DNA of 64,000 nt from an uncultured bacterium (GTDB taxonomy: Bacteria; Elusimicrobiota; Elusimicrobia; Elusimicrobiales; Elusimicrobiaceae). Below are positions 44,885 through 53,128 of the stretch, in pieces (within the stretch, counting starts at the first letter, position 1; each line of letters starts with the position of its first letter). Both the position numbers and the translations under genes were made by a program. The stretch is taken from assembly GCA_949296525.1 (NCBI GenBank), contig CASFOP010000005.1:13519-77518 (forward strand). The letters run 5' to 3'. The notes beneath the pieces were generated by a model. The model made no database searches and was not told the DNA's origin. It saw only the letters and a program-made list of their open reading frames with translations.

Positions 44885-46294
44885 CTATTTAATATATTGG
44901 GCAACTAACTTTTCACCAAAGTCCAACAAAGCCTGCGTATCTTTTTTCGTCGCCGTTTCGGCATACACACGCACCAACGGCTCCGTGCCGGAGGGCCGGA
45001 CCATCAGCCATTCATCATGTTCAAAGTAAATTTTCAACCCGTCCAGCGTACTGATTTCCGCAATTTTAAAGGCTCCCACTTTTTTGGGCAGTTTTTTGCG
45101 CAGCTTTTCCACAAAAGCGGCTTTGTCTATCGGCTTGGCAGCCGGCAAATCCCTCCGCAAGTACACAGATGCGCCGTATTGTTTGGACACTTCCTCACAC
45201 AGCTGCGAAACTTTCTTTTTGGTGGACGCCATGATATCCAGCCAGGTCAGCGCCACGGCCAAACCGTCACGGTCGGAGGCGCCGCCTTTCCAGGCGTAAC
45301 CGCCGGCTTCTTCCACGCCAAAGGCCACTTCTTCCAAGGCCATGCGTTCAGCCACATTTTTAAACCCAACCGGCACTTCTTCGTAGGGCAAACCGTATTG
45401 ACGCGCAATACGTTTGGGCAAATATCCCATGGACACGGTTTGCACCACTTTGCCTTTTAGTTTTTTAGTTTTAATTAAATAGTCCAGCAACACCGCCGCC
45501 AGCAGGCACGGCGTAACAAAATTGCCTTTTTCATCTATCAGGCCGAAGCGGTCGCCGTCCCCGTCAAAGGCCAGGCCGGCAATGGCCTTTTTAGCCAGCA
45601 CTGTTTTTTTCAGTTCATCCAAATTCTTGGGAGACGGATCCGGCTGCAACCCGCGAAAAGTAGGGTCATGTTCTTCATGCAAGGAAATAATTTTATTTTT
45701 CGGCAGCAGTTTTTCCATCCAGCCCGCCGCCGCACCGTACATATAATCCACCACGATATTGCCTTTTAGCCCGGCAATTTTTTTCAGGTTGGCTGTTCCC
45801 GCCAGGTATTTTTGATATAAATCCGTCAGGTTCTTTTGTTCCGCTTTCTGCCCGAATAAAAACAAGACGGGGTTGGCATCTATCAGCTGTTCAATTTCGC
45901 GCGTTTCACGCGTTGGCGCGGAACAGCCGGCCCACTTGACTTTGACGCCGTTATATTGGGGCGGATTATGGCTGGCCGTCACGGTAATACCCAGCCAAAA
46001 TTTGCGCACGGTCAGCGCACTGACCATGGGCGTAGTGACGGGCCGGTCGGACAAGGTCACGTCTATTTTATTGGAGCGCAAAATGCTGGCAATGTCCGCT
46101 GCAAACAAATCCGACATAAAACGGCGGTCATAGCCCACAAAAACTTTGGCCATTTTGCCGTCTTCATCAGACGGGGCGTTCTCATTAATATAATCGGCCA
46201 AAGCCTGCGCCAGGCGGCGCACGTTTTCATACGTAAAATCCCAGGCTACAACGCCTCTCCAACCGTCAGTGCCAAATCTAATGTCAGCGGCCAT
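44885..46294 (-). CDS. Phosphoglucomutase/phosphomannomutase-family alpha-D-phosphohexomutase
   Basis: It has the active-site TASHNP, the metal loop FDGDGDR and a C-terminal RPSGTEP. Confidence 0.9.
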   Translation of the reverse strand: MAADIRFGTDGWRGVVAWDFTYENVRRLAQALADYINENAPSDEDGKMAKVFVGYDRRFMSDLFAADIASILRSNKIDVTLSDRPVTTPMVSALTVRKFWLGITVTASHNPPQYNGVKVKWAGCSAPTRETREIEQLIDANPVLFLFGQKAEQKNLTDLYQKYLAGTANLKKIAGLKGNIVVDYMYGAAAGWMEKLLPKNKIISLHEEHDPTFRGLQPDPSPKNLDELKKTVLAKKAIAGLAFDGDGDRFGLIDEKGNFVTPCLLAAVLLDYLIKTKKLKGKVVQTVSMGYLPKRIARQYGLPYEEVPVGFKNVAERMALEEVAFGVEEAGGYAWKGGASDRDGLAVALTWLDIMASTKKKVSQLCEEVSKQYGASVYLRRDLPAAKPIDKAAFVEKLRKKLPKKVGAFKIAEISTLDGLKIYFEHDEWLMVRPSGTEPLVRVYAETATKKDTQALLDFGEKLVAQYIK

Positions 46295-46527
46295 AAAGTC
46301 CTCCGTGTATTATCCAAAACCGTCAATTTCCGTTTTTCTGCATACAAGCAACGTAAAATTTTATTAAAAGGGCAAAAAGGTCTTTGAAACAGATTAAAAT
46401 ATCCTTTTTAAGAAAATATTTTCCGTTCGCCCTGCCTTTGTGCCCGTTGTTGGAAAAGGGGCAAAACCAGCCGGCTCACAGACTGAAAAAGCTAGGACAC
46501 ACATGCCCCTTTTTACAAAATCAAAAG

Positions 46528-46869
46528 TGGAGGTGGGGGGATTCGCACCCCCGTCCGAACATCCTAACAGTTCAGGCCCTACAGGTTTATCCGCGCCTGA
46601 TAATCGCGGGGTAAGCGCGCGGAGGCACCCCCGTGATTTGTTCCGTTGGTCTTAAGCGAAGCAAGACGAAACGCGCCAGCCTCGCCGCATTCCGCATGAT
46701 GACTGCCCTGCCTCCGCGTGCGGAAAGCGCAAAGGCGGCAGTGGACTAAGCGTTAGCCCAAGCGACTTGATGGTCGTTAGTTATTTTTTTGGCCCTGTTT
46801 GAATTGGCCTGGCCAACCAATACCTGCTCCCGAGCCGTAACAGATACCCGTCGAATCTATTACACCCCC
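46528..46869 (-). ncRNA. ssrA: tmRNA (SsrA)
   Basis: The 5' end is GGGGGTGTAATAGATTCGACGGG. The 3' end is GGACGGGGGTGCGAATCCCCCCACCTCCA. The acceptor helix has a G3:U pair. An internal tag frame AAC GAC CAT CAA GTC GCT TGG GCT AAC GCT TAG follows an A-rich stretch. Confidence 0.9.
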
Positions 46870-46983
46870 GAAAATACGGAAATTGTCAAAGAACCTTCCG
46901 GCCGTGCCGGAAAAGGGTATTATATTGTATCATTTTCTTATATCAATTTTATGCTTCCGGCACAATAGCCGGCATCCGAAATT

Positions 46984-47394
46984 ATGTACGTTACCACCAA
47001 ACCCACCATTTATTTGATAGACGGCCTGAATCTGGTGCGCAGTTTTTTGTGGCAGTTTGCGCGCACGGAAGAAGACGTAACGGCCGATTTTCTGGACTTT
47101 TTGGAAGAAGTGTCTTTGGACGACAAATACGCCATGCACGAATACCGCGTGGTGTTTGACGGCGCCTTCCGCCCCGTGGGGCCGCTGTATCGCGGCGGGG
47201 TGCATGTGGTGTTTTCCGAAGACATCACCGCAGACGATTATATTTTTCAGGAAGCGGACTATTTGAGCCAAAACGGCACGCGCGTGATTGCCGTTACTTC
47301 CGACCGGGATTTGCAGGCGCGCCTGAAGGACATCGGCGTCAAGGCGCTTTTCTGTCAAAAATTTTATAATTCTCTCAAACTTTCTTCCCGCTGA
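46984..47394 (+). CDS. NYN/PIN-like YacP (Rae1)-family RNase domain protein
   Basis: 136 aa with the pattern IYLIDGLNLV ... VVFDG ... FSEDITADDYI ... VTSDRDLQ. Confidence 0.7.
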   Translation: MYVTTKPTIYLIDGLNLVRSFLWQFARTEEDVTADFLDFLEEVSLDDKYAMHEYRVVFDGAFRPVGPLYRGGVHVVFSEDITADDYIFQEADYLSQNGTRVIAVTSDRDLQARLKDIGVKALFCQKFYNSLKLSSR

Positions 47395-47443
47395 CGAATC
47401 CGCGCGTGCGGGAGGCGTGATTATTTGTTAAAATAAATACAGA

Positions 47444-47526
47444 GGGCTGGTGGCGGAATGGTAGACGCGACAGACTTAAAATCTGTTGGCCGCAAGGCCG
47501 TGGGGGTTCGAGTCCCCCCCTGCCCA
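47444..47526 (+). tRNA. tRNA-Leu (anticodon UAA)
   Basis: Hand-folded: D arm GCGG-AATGGTAGA-CGCG, anticodon arm ACAGA-CTTAAAA-TCTGT, long variable arm, T arm GGGGG-TTCGAGT-CCCCC. There is one U-U mismatch in the acceptor stem. Confidence 0.85.
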
Positions 47527-47566
47527 CTCTTATAACCGGCCGGTCAAAGCCGGAAAAGGGGTGTGT

Positions 47567-48235
47567 ATGTTAGAGGACTTTCAAAGAACGCTGGTTAAGG
47601 CCTTCGGCTGGGTGTTTACCGTGCTGCCCATCGGGCTGCGCTTTTTCTCCATCGCTTTGTTAATTTCCGTTTTCTTTTTGCTTTTGGGGTTCCGTTTATT
47701 AGGGGCGTTGTTCCTGGTTATCGCGTGTTTTTGCGCTTTCTTTTTCCGCAACCCCAAACGCGACGTCCAGTTTTCCGAGGATGAAATCGCCTGCCCGGCA
47801 GACGGCACCGTGTTAAGCATCAAAACAGAGGACGATCCCAACTCCGTGGTTATCCGCATTTTCCTGTCCATTTTTGACGTGCATGTGCAGCGCGCTACCG
47901 TCAACGGCGTTATCGGGGATATTTTCTATCACAAAGGGCAGTTCCTCTTTGCCAACAATCCCAAAGCCGCCGCAGACAACGAGCGCAACCTGATTCAGAT
48001 TTTCCGCCCGCACAGCGACCGCTTTGCCCATGTGGAACAAATCACGGGTGCCATTGCACGGCGCATTGAATGCTGGGTCAAACCCGCCCAGGAAGTCAAA
48101 GCCGGCCAGCTGATAGGCCTGGTGCGCTTTGGCAGCCAGGTGGCTGTATACCTGCCCAAAGACGCGGTGCGCGTTATCGTTAAAGAAGGACAAAAAGTGC
48201 AGGGCGGCAACACAGTGCTGGCCTTGTGGAAATAA
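47567..48235 (+). CDS. psd: Phosphatidylserine decarboxylase proenzyme (short type)
   Basis: Motifs seen: [19 protein letters not shown], and the self-cleavage-type RFGSQV. ATG at 47567. The longer ORF would overlap tRNA-Leu. Confidence 0.85.
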   Translation: MLEDFQRTLVKAFGWVFTVLPIGLRFFSIALLISVFFLLLGFRLLGALFLVIACFCAFFFRNPKRDVQFSEDEIACPADGTVLSIKTEDDPNSVVIRIFLSIFDVHVQRATVNGVIGDIFYHKGQFLFANNPKAAADNERNLIQIFRPHSDRFAHVEQITGAIARRIECWVKPAQEVKAGQLIGLVRFGSQVAVYLPKDAVRVIVKEGQKVQGGNTVLALWK

Positions 48236-48246
48236 TCTTTTTTACA

Positions 48247-48271
48247 AACGGCGTCACAACGCCGTTTTTTT
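48247..48271 (+). terminator. Intrinsic terminator-like hairpin between psd and pssA
   Basis: AACGGCGT-CACA-ACGCCGTT plus T7. Confidence 0.6.
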
Positions 48272-48283
48272 GTTAAGTAAATT

Positions 48284-49081
48284 ATGACAAACGAAGAGCA
48301 ACACCAACCCACGAATGTGGAAAAACTCAGACGCACCGGCGCGGCGGCGGCGCCGTCGCTGTTTACGCTGGGCAATCTGGCATGCGGATTTTTCTCCATT
48401 TTGTCTGCCAGCAACGGCCACTTCAGCAAAGCCGGCTGGCTGATTCTTATTGCAGCCGTATTTGACCTGTTTGACGGGCGCATTGCGCGCCTGCTGGGCA
48501 CGGAAAGCAATTTCGGCGTGGAGATGGACTCCCTGGCCGACGCGGTGTCTTTCTGCACGGCTCCGGCGCTGCTGATGTATTTTATGGTTTTGCAGCAGTA
48601 TCCGCTCTGGGGCGCGCCGATCGCCTGCGTGTATGCGTGTTTCGGCGTGCTGCGCCTGGCCAAATTCAACGCCATGGCTTACGCGGGCGAAGGCTCCAAA
48701 AAGTATTTTTCCGGCCTGCCCGTGCCGGCGCCGGCCTGCATTTTCGCCTCCTTTGCCATTTCTTACAGCATTATGGAATACAACATGGGCGGGCACAATC
48801 TGCGCATTATGGAAGTATACCTGCCGCATTTGTATAATTTTGTTGCCATCGCGATGATTGTCATGGCCCTGCTGATGGTGTCCACGGTGCCTTATGCGGC
48901 CTTTAAAGCCAAACGTGAAAAAAAGATGAGCGTATGGTTTCTGCTCCTGCTTGTCGTGCTGGTGGTGCTGTTGGTGCGTTACCCGCAGGACGTGATTTTT
49001 ATTGTCATGTCTGCTTATGTAGCCTTTGGACTGCTGGCGGTGCTGTACCGCGCGTTCAAAGGCATTAAAGTGGAAAAATAA
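48284..49081 (+). CDS. pssA: CDP-diacylglycerol--serine O-phosphatidyltransferase
   Basis: It has the CDP-alcohol phosphatidyltransferase motif DLFDGRIARLLGTESNFGVEMDSLAD and is multi-TM. Confidence 0.9.
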   Translation: MTNEEQHQPTNVEKLRRTGAAAAPSLFTLGNLACGFFSILSASNGHFSKAGWLILIAAVFDLFDGRIARLLGTESNFGVEMDSLADAVSFCTAPALLMYFMVLQQYPLWGAPIACVYACFGVLRLAKFNAMAYAGEGSKKYFSGLPVPAPACIFASFAISYSIMEYNMGGHNLRIMEVYLPHLYNFVAIAMIVMALLMVSTVPYAAFKAKREKKMSVWFLLLLVVLVVLLVRYPQDVIFIVMSAYVAFGLLAVLYRAFKGIKVEK

Positions 49082-49097
49082 AGTTTTAGTTTCACAT

Positions 49098-49128
49098 AAA
49101 ACGCCCCGCCTTCTGGCGGGGCGTTTTA
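49098..49128 (+). terminator. Intrinsic terminator after pssA
   Basis: An 11-bp stem AACGCCCCGCC/GGCGGGGCGTT plus a T run. Confidence 0.8.
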
Positions 49129-49181
49129 TTATTCCCTTTCACGGCGGGAAATTGCTACAATAGCACAAAGGACCCTTTCAC

Positions 49182-49823
49182 ATGAAGACACCCCTGCAGG
49201 ATTTTGATAAAAAAATGGCTTTCGAGCTGGAAACAGCCACGCTGTTCGGCGTGGATGAAGCCGGGCGCGGCCCGCTGGCCGGCCCCGTGGTGGCCTGTGC
49301 TTGCTATATCGGCTCCAATTTATATACCTATTTTGAAGATGTCAACGACAGCAAAAAACTCACGCACAAAAAACGCGAAGAACTGTTTGAACGCATGAAC
49401 AAACTGGGCGTTTTATACGGGGTAGGATTTGCTTCGGCGGCGGAAATAGACCGGCTTAACATTTTGCAGGCTACGTTTCTGGCCATGCGCCGCGCCTGCC
49501 AAAAATTTTTTGTCATTCCCGGTGCGGTGGCACTGGTGGACGGCCCGCACCCCATTGCCGATTTCCCGCTGCGCCAGCGCCCCGTCATAGACGGGGACGC
49601 AAAATCCCTCAATATCGCCGCGGCCAGCATTGTGGCCAAGGTGGTCCGCGACCGCTACATGGCCACGCTGGACACGCTTTACCCGGGTTACGGTTTTGCC
49701 GCGCATAAGGGTTACGGCACGCCCAAGCACCTCGCCGCCGTGGAAAAGCTGGGCCCCTGCCGCGAACACCGCAAAACTTTCTCCCCCATCAACCGCTTTT
49801 TTAAGCCCACGCTCTTTCCGTGA
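49182..49823 (+). CDS. rnhB: Ribonuclease HII
   Basis: GVDEAGRGPLAGPVV, with DSKKL and the active-site context. Confidence 0.9.
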   Translation: MKTPLQDFDKKMAFELETATLFGVDEAGRGPLAGPVVACACYIGSNLYTYFEDVNDSKKLTHKKREELFERMNKLGVLYGVGFASAAEIDRLNILQATFLAMRRACQKFFVIPGAVALVDGPHPIADFPLRQRPVIDGDAKSLNIAAASIVAKVVRDRYMATLDTLYPGYGFAAHKGYGTPKHLAAVEKLGPCREHRKTFSPINRFFKPTLFP

Positions 49824-50179
49824 ACACCACCCAAACCGGCGCGCGGGGCGAGGACGCAGCCTGTACATTTCTGCAAAAACAGGGCTGCCAAATCCTGGCG
49901 CGCAACTGGCGCAGGCCCTGCGGGGAAATAGACATCGTGGCGCTGGAGGGCAAAACGCTGGTGTTTGCCGAGGTGAAAACGCGCGCGTCCAACGCTTTCG
50001 GCGGGCCGCTGGCGGCGGTAACGGCGGGCAAACAGCGCAAAATCGCGCTGGCGGCGCATTTGTTTATCAAGGAAAACGCCCCCAAATTTGATAGTATAAG
50101 ATTTGACGTCATATGCCTGCTGGGCGGGAAACTGACGCATATAAAAAACGCCTTTTCCCCCGCCCGCGGCACTTTATGA
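49820..50179 (+). CDS. yraN: YraN-family (UPF0102) endonuclease-like protein
   Basis: Motifs seen: GARGEDAACTFLQKQG, GEIDIVA, FAEVKTR. It overlaps rnhB by 4 nt. Confidence 0.85.
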   Translation: MNTTQTGARGEDAACTFLQKQGCQILARNWRRPCGEIDIVALEGKTLVFAEVKTRASNAFGGPLAAVTAGKQRKIALAAHLFIKENAPKFDSIRFDVICLLGGKLTHIKNAFSPARGTL

Positions 50180-50192
50180 ACACGGAGGCCGT

Positions 50193-51014
50193 ATGACCCA
50201 ACTGCAGCAAGTCAAAAAAGCCGTCGCTTTCATCAACAAAAAGACTAAAAACTTTAAGCCCGAAATCGCCCTGATTACCGGTTCGGGCCTGGCGGGCTCG
50301 GTGCCGCCGCTGGAGAAAAAAGTTGTTATTTCTTATGCCGCCATTCCCGGGTTTTTGCAAAGCACCGTCCCGGGCCACAGCGGGAACCTGATTTTCGGCA
50401 GCTACAAAGGCCGTAAACTGATGATTATGCAGGGGCGCTTTCATTATTACGAAGGGCACCCCATGAAAGATTTGGCCGTGTCCGTGCGCACGATGTTTAT
50501 GCTGGGCGTGCAGAAACTCATCGTGTCCGCCGCCGTCGGCTCGCTGGACATGAAACTCAAACCCGGCTCCCTGTGCGTGTTAAACGACCACATCAATTTT
50601 ATGTGCAACAACCCGCTTATCGGCAATCACGACCCCGCCTTTGGCCCGATGTTTTTTGACCTCTCCGAAGCGTATGACAGAAAAATGCGCAAAACCGCTT
50701 TGGACGCCTGCAAAAAACTGAAAATCAACGCCGGCGAAGGCGTATATTTGGCCGCCACGGGCCCGAACTTTGAAACGCCCGCGGAAATCCGCGCGTTTAA
50801 AAAGCTGGGCGCCACCGTGGTGGGCATGAGCGTAGTGCCCGAAGTGCTGGCCGCCCGCCAGTGCGGTATTTTGGTGCTGGGCCTGGCCTGGGTAAGCAAT
50901 ATGGGCTGCGGCATCGCCAAAGAGCCGCTCTCCCACGCGCAGACCATACGCGAAACCAAAAAAATTGAGGGCAAGTTTAAAGACCTGCTGGAAGCCATAC
51001 TGCCCAAACTGTAA
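50193..51014 (+). CDS. Purine nucleoside phosphorylase (PunA type)
   Basis: Motifs seen: ITGSGL, GHSGNLIFG, MQGRFHYYEG, VGMSVVPE. GGAGG lies upstream. Confidence 0.85.
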   Translation: MTQLQQVKKAVAFINKKTKNFKPEIALITGSGLAGSVPPLEKKVVISYAAIPGFLQSTVPGHSGNLIFGSYKGRKLMIMQGRFHYYEGHPMKDLAVSVRTMFMLGVQKLIVSAAVGSLDMKLKPGSLCVLNDHINFMCNNPLIGNHDPAFGPMFFDLSEAYDRKMRKTALDACKKLKINAGEGVYLAATGPNFETPAEIRAFKKLGATVVGMSVVPEVLAARQCGILVLGLAWVSNMGCGIAKEPLSHAQTIRETKKIEGKFKDLLEAILPKL

Positions 51015-51027
51015 AATATGCGCAAGG

Positions 51028-51059
51028 CCCCGCGCCGACATGCGGCGCGGGGTATATTT
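51028..51059 (+). terminator. GC hairpin after the purine nucleoside phosphorylase gene
   Basis: A 10-bp stem CCCCGCGCCG/CGGCGCGGGG followed by TATATTT (weak U tract). Confidence 0.45.
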
Positions 51060-52517
51060 ATGTTTAAAGACATTTTACGCCTCGGCAAAGAAACGCTGGT
51101 TTACGGTACGTCCACGGTAGTGGCGCGGCTGCTGAACTTCTGCCTGGTGCCGTTTTACACCTATTATCTGGCCACGTCCGATTACGGCGTGGTGGCCACG
51201 CTGTTTGCTTTTATTGCGCTGCTGAGCGTGGTGTTTCTGTTCGGCATGGACCAAAGCTACCTGCGCTTTGCCAGCGAAGCCAAAGACAAGCGGGAAGTGT
51301 TCCAGCATTGTTTTTATGGGCTATTGTGTTACGGGGCCCTGCTGGGCGCACTGATTTACCTTTTTGCGCGGCCACTGGCGCAGCTGGCGGGCATCGGCGA
51401 GGAAAACGCGCACCTGATGCACCTGGCCGTATTTATTTTATTTTTGGACATGCTCAACATGATCCCGTTCACCAAGCTGCGCCTGCAGCGGCGCGCGTGG
51501 TACTTTGCGGGAGTGCGCACGGCGTCCATCGTCGTCAATGTGGCGGGCAATGTGTTGTTTATTGCGGTGTTCCACTTAGGCATGGCGTCCATTTTCTGGG
51601 CCAATATTTTGGGCTCGCTGGCCTCGCTGCTTTTATTGTCCCCCATCGTGTGGGAGGAGCTTAAAGGCGGGTTCTGCCGCTTCAGCCCCGCACTGGAAAA
51701 ACACATGCTGCGCTTTGCCTGGCCTTTTGTGCCGGCAGGATTGGCCAGCCTGCTGGTCAGCGTGATAGACAAACCGATTTTGGTGCAGCTGGTCGGCCTG
51801 TCGGAAGTGGGCGTTTATCAGGCCAATTTTAAAATCGGCGTATTTATGATGCTGATTGTGTCTATGTTTGACCAGGCCTGGCGGCCCTTTTTCCTCTCCC
51901 ACGCCAAAGACGCCAACGCCAAACCCCTGTTTGCGCGCGTGCTGACTTTCTTTACCGCCTTTTCCGCCTGGGTGCTGCTGGGGCTGGCTTTCTTAATGCC
52001 GGACATTATTAAAAGCGACATCTTCGGCTCTTTTCATTTGATTTCCCCTCAGTACTGGGGCGGCCTGCACGTTATTCCGCTGGTGCTGGCGGGATATTTT
52101 TTCTACGGCCTGTACATTAATTTTATGGTCGGCCCCGTGATTACCAAACGCACACGCGTGCTGATGTGGATTACGCTGGCCGGCGCGGCCACCAGCATTG
52201 CCGTCAACCTGCTGGCGGTACCGCGCGTGGGGATTATCGGCGCAGGCTGGGCCGTGGCGGCCAGTTATTTTGTCATGGCCTGCTGCCTGTTTGCCTTCAC
52301 ACAAAAAGTGTATGGCGTGCCGTATGAATATGCGCGCCTGGCCCTGCTGGCCCTGCTGGCGGGCGGCATGGCCGCGTGGGTATGCATGGCGGCGGACAAT
52401 TTTTCGCCGTCGCATTTGCTGGATCTGAAAGTTGTTTTGCTGTGCCTGTATCCGCTGCTGGCGGGGTTAATCGTTTTATTTGGAAAAATAAAGTTTTTTA
52501 AAAGGGGGAGCCTATGA
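51060..52517 (+). CDS. MOP-superfamily polysaccharide/oligosaccharide flippase (Wzx-like)
   Basis: About 14 TM helices, with an N-terminus typical of polysaccharide biosynthesis proteins. The alternative start at 51018 would translate through a 10-bp GC hairpin. Confidence 0.75.
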   Translation: MFKDILRLGKETLVYGTSTVVARLLNFCLVPFYTYYLATSDYGVVATLFAFIALLSVVFLFGMDQSYLRFASEAKDKREVFQHCFYGLLCYGALLGALIYLFARPLAQLAGIGEENAHLMHLAVFILFLDMLNMIPFTKLRLQRRAWYFAGVRTASIVVNVAGNVLFIAVFHLGMASIFWANILGSLASLLLLSPIVWEELKGGFCRFSPALEKHMLRFAWPFVPAGLASLLVSVIDKPILVQLVGLSEVGVYQANFKIGVFMMLIVSMFDQAWRPFFLSHAKDANAKPLFARVLTFFTAFSAWVLLGLAFLMPDIIKSDIFGSFHLISPQYWGGLHVIPLVLAGYFFYGLYINFMVGPVITKRTRVLMWITLAGAATSIAVNLLAVPRVGIIGAGWAVAASYFVMACCLFAFTQKVYGVPYEYARLALLALLAGGMAAWVCMAADNFSPSHLLDLKVVLLCLYPLLAGLIVLFGKIKFFKRGSL

Positions 52518-53059
52518 AAGCATGTATGATTGTAACGGACGGATTTGAAGAAATTGAAGCTGTGGGTACCTATGCCATTTTGCGCCGCGGCGGGCTGGAC
52601 GTGGACGTATACAGCCTGCGCGGGGACAAAGCCACGGGCCGCTTTGGCTTAACCTGCTGCGCGCTCAAACCGTTTGCGCAGTTTAAAGACGACAATTACG
52701 CCGCCGTTATTTTGCCCGGCGGGCCGCAGTGGAAAGAGCTGGAAGCCAACGCGCAGGTGCAGCAGCTGCTGCGGGATTTTGACGATACGGGCCGTTACCT
52801 CTGCGCCATCTGCGCCGGGCCGACCATATTGGGCCGCGCCGGCTATTTAAAAGGCAAAAACTATACCTGCTTTACCGCCATGAATGGCGACTTCGGCGGG
52901 ACGTACCGCGAAGACTATGCCGTCACGGACGGGCGCATTATCACCGGCAAAAGCGCGGCGGCCGCGATTGATTTCGGCTTTGCCATATTGCAGGCCGTAG
53001 CCGGAGAAGAAGCGGCGCAGAAAACCAAAAAAGAAATTTATTACAAAGAAGGGAAATAA
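52514..53059 (+). CDS. DJ-1/PfpI-family protein
   Basis: 181 aa with the nucleophile-elbow Cys in AICAGPTILG. Confidence 0.85.
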   Translation: MKACMIVTDGFEEIEAVGTYAILRRGGLDVDVYSLRGDKATGRFGLTCCALKPFAQFKDDNYAAVILPGGPQWKELEANAQVQQLLRDFDDTGRYLCAICAGPTILGRAGYLKGKNYTCFTAMNGDFGGTYREDYAVTDGRIITGKSAAAAIDFGFAILQAVAGEEAAQKTKKEIYYKEGK

Positions 53060-53128
53060 ATTTTTTTGTATCTTCTTAAAATATCCCCCTGGGCGTAAAC
53101 CCGGGGGGTTCATAAGAAACAACTCTAT

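Noticed and set aside
46384-46655. Small ORFs (76 and 71 aa) in the pgm-NYN spacer.
   Set aside because: They run antisense through the tmRNA gene. The tmRNA ends and tag frame explain the conservation-like structure.
47486-47566. N-terminal extension of the psd ORF (track start 47486).
   Set aside because: The extension overlaps the 3' half of tRNA-Leu (47444-47526). The ATG at 47567 gives a normal Psd N-terminus.
51018-51059. Upstream ATG (51018) as the start of the flippase gene.
   Set aside because: It would translate through a 10-bp GC hairpin that looks like the terminator of the preceding gene. It would also add an Arg-rich non-membrane leader. The ATG at 51060 is preferred, though this is not proven.
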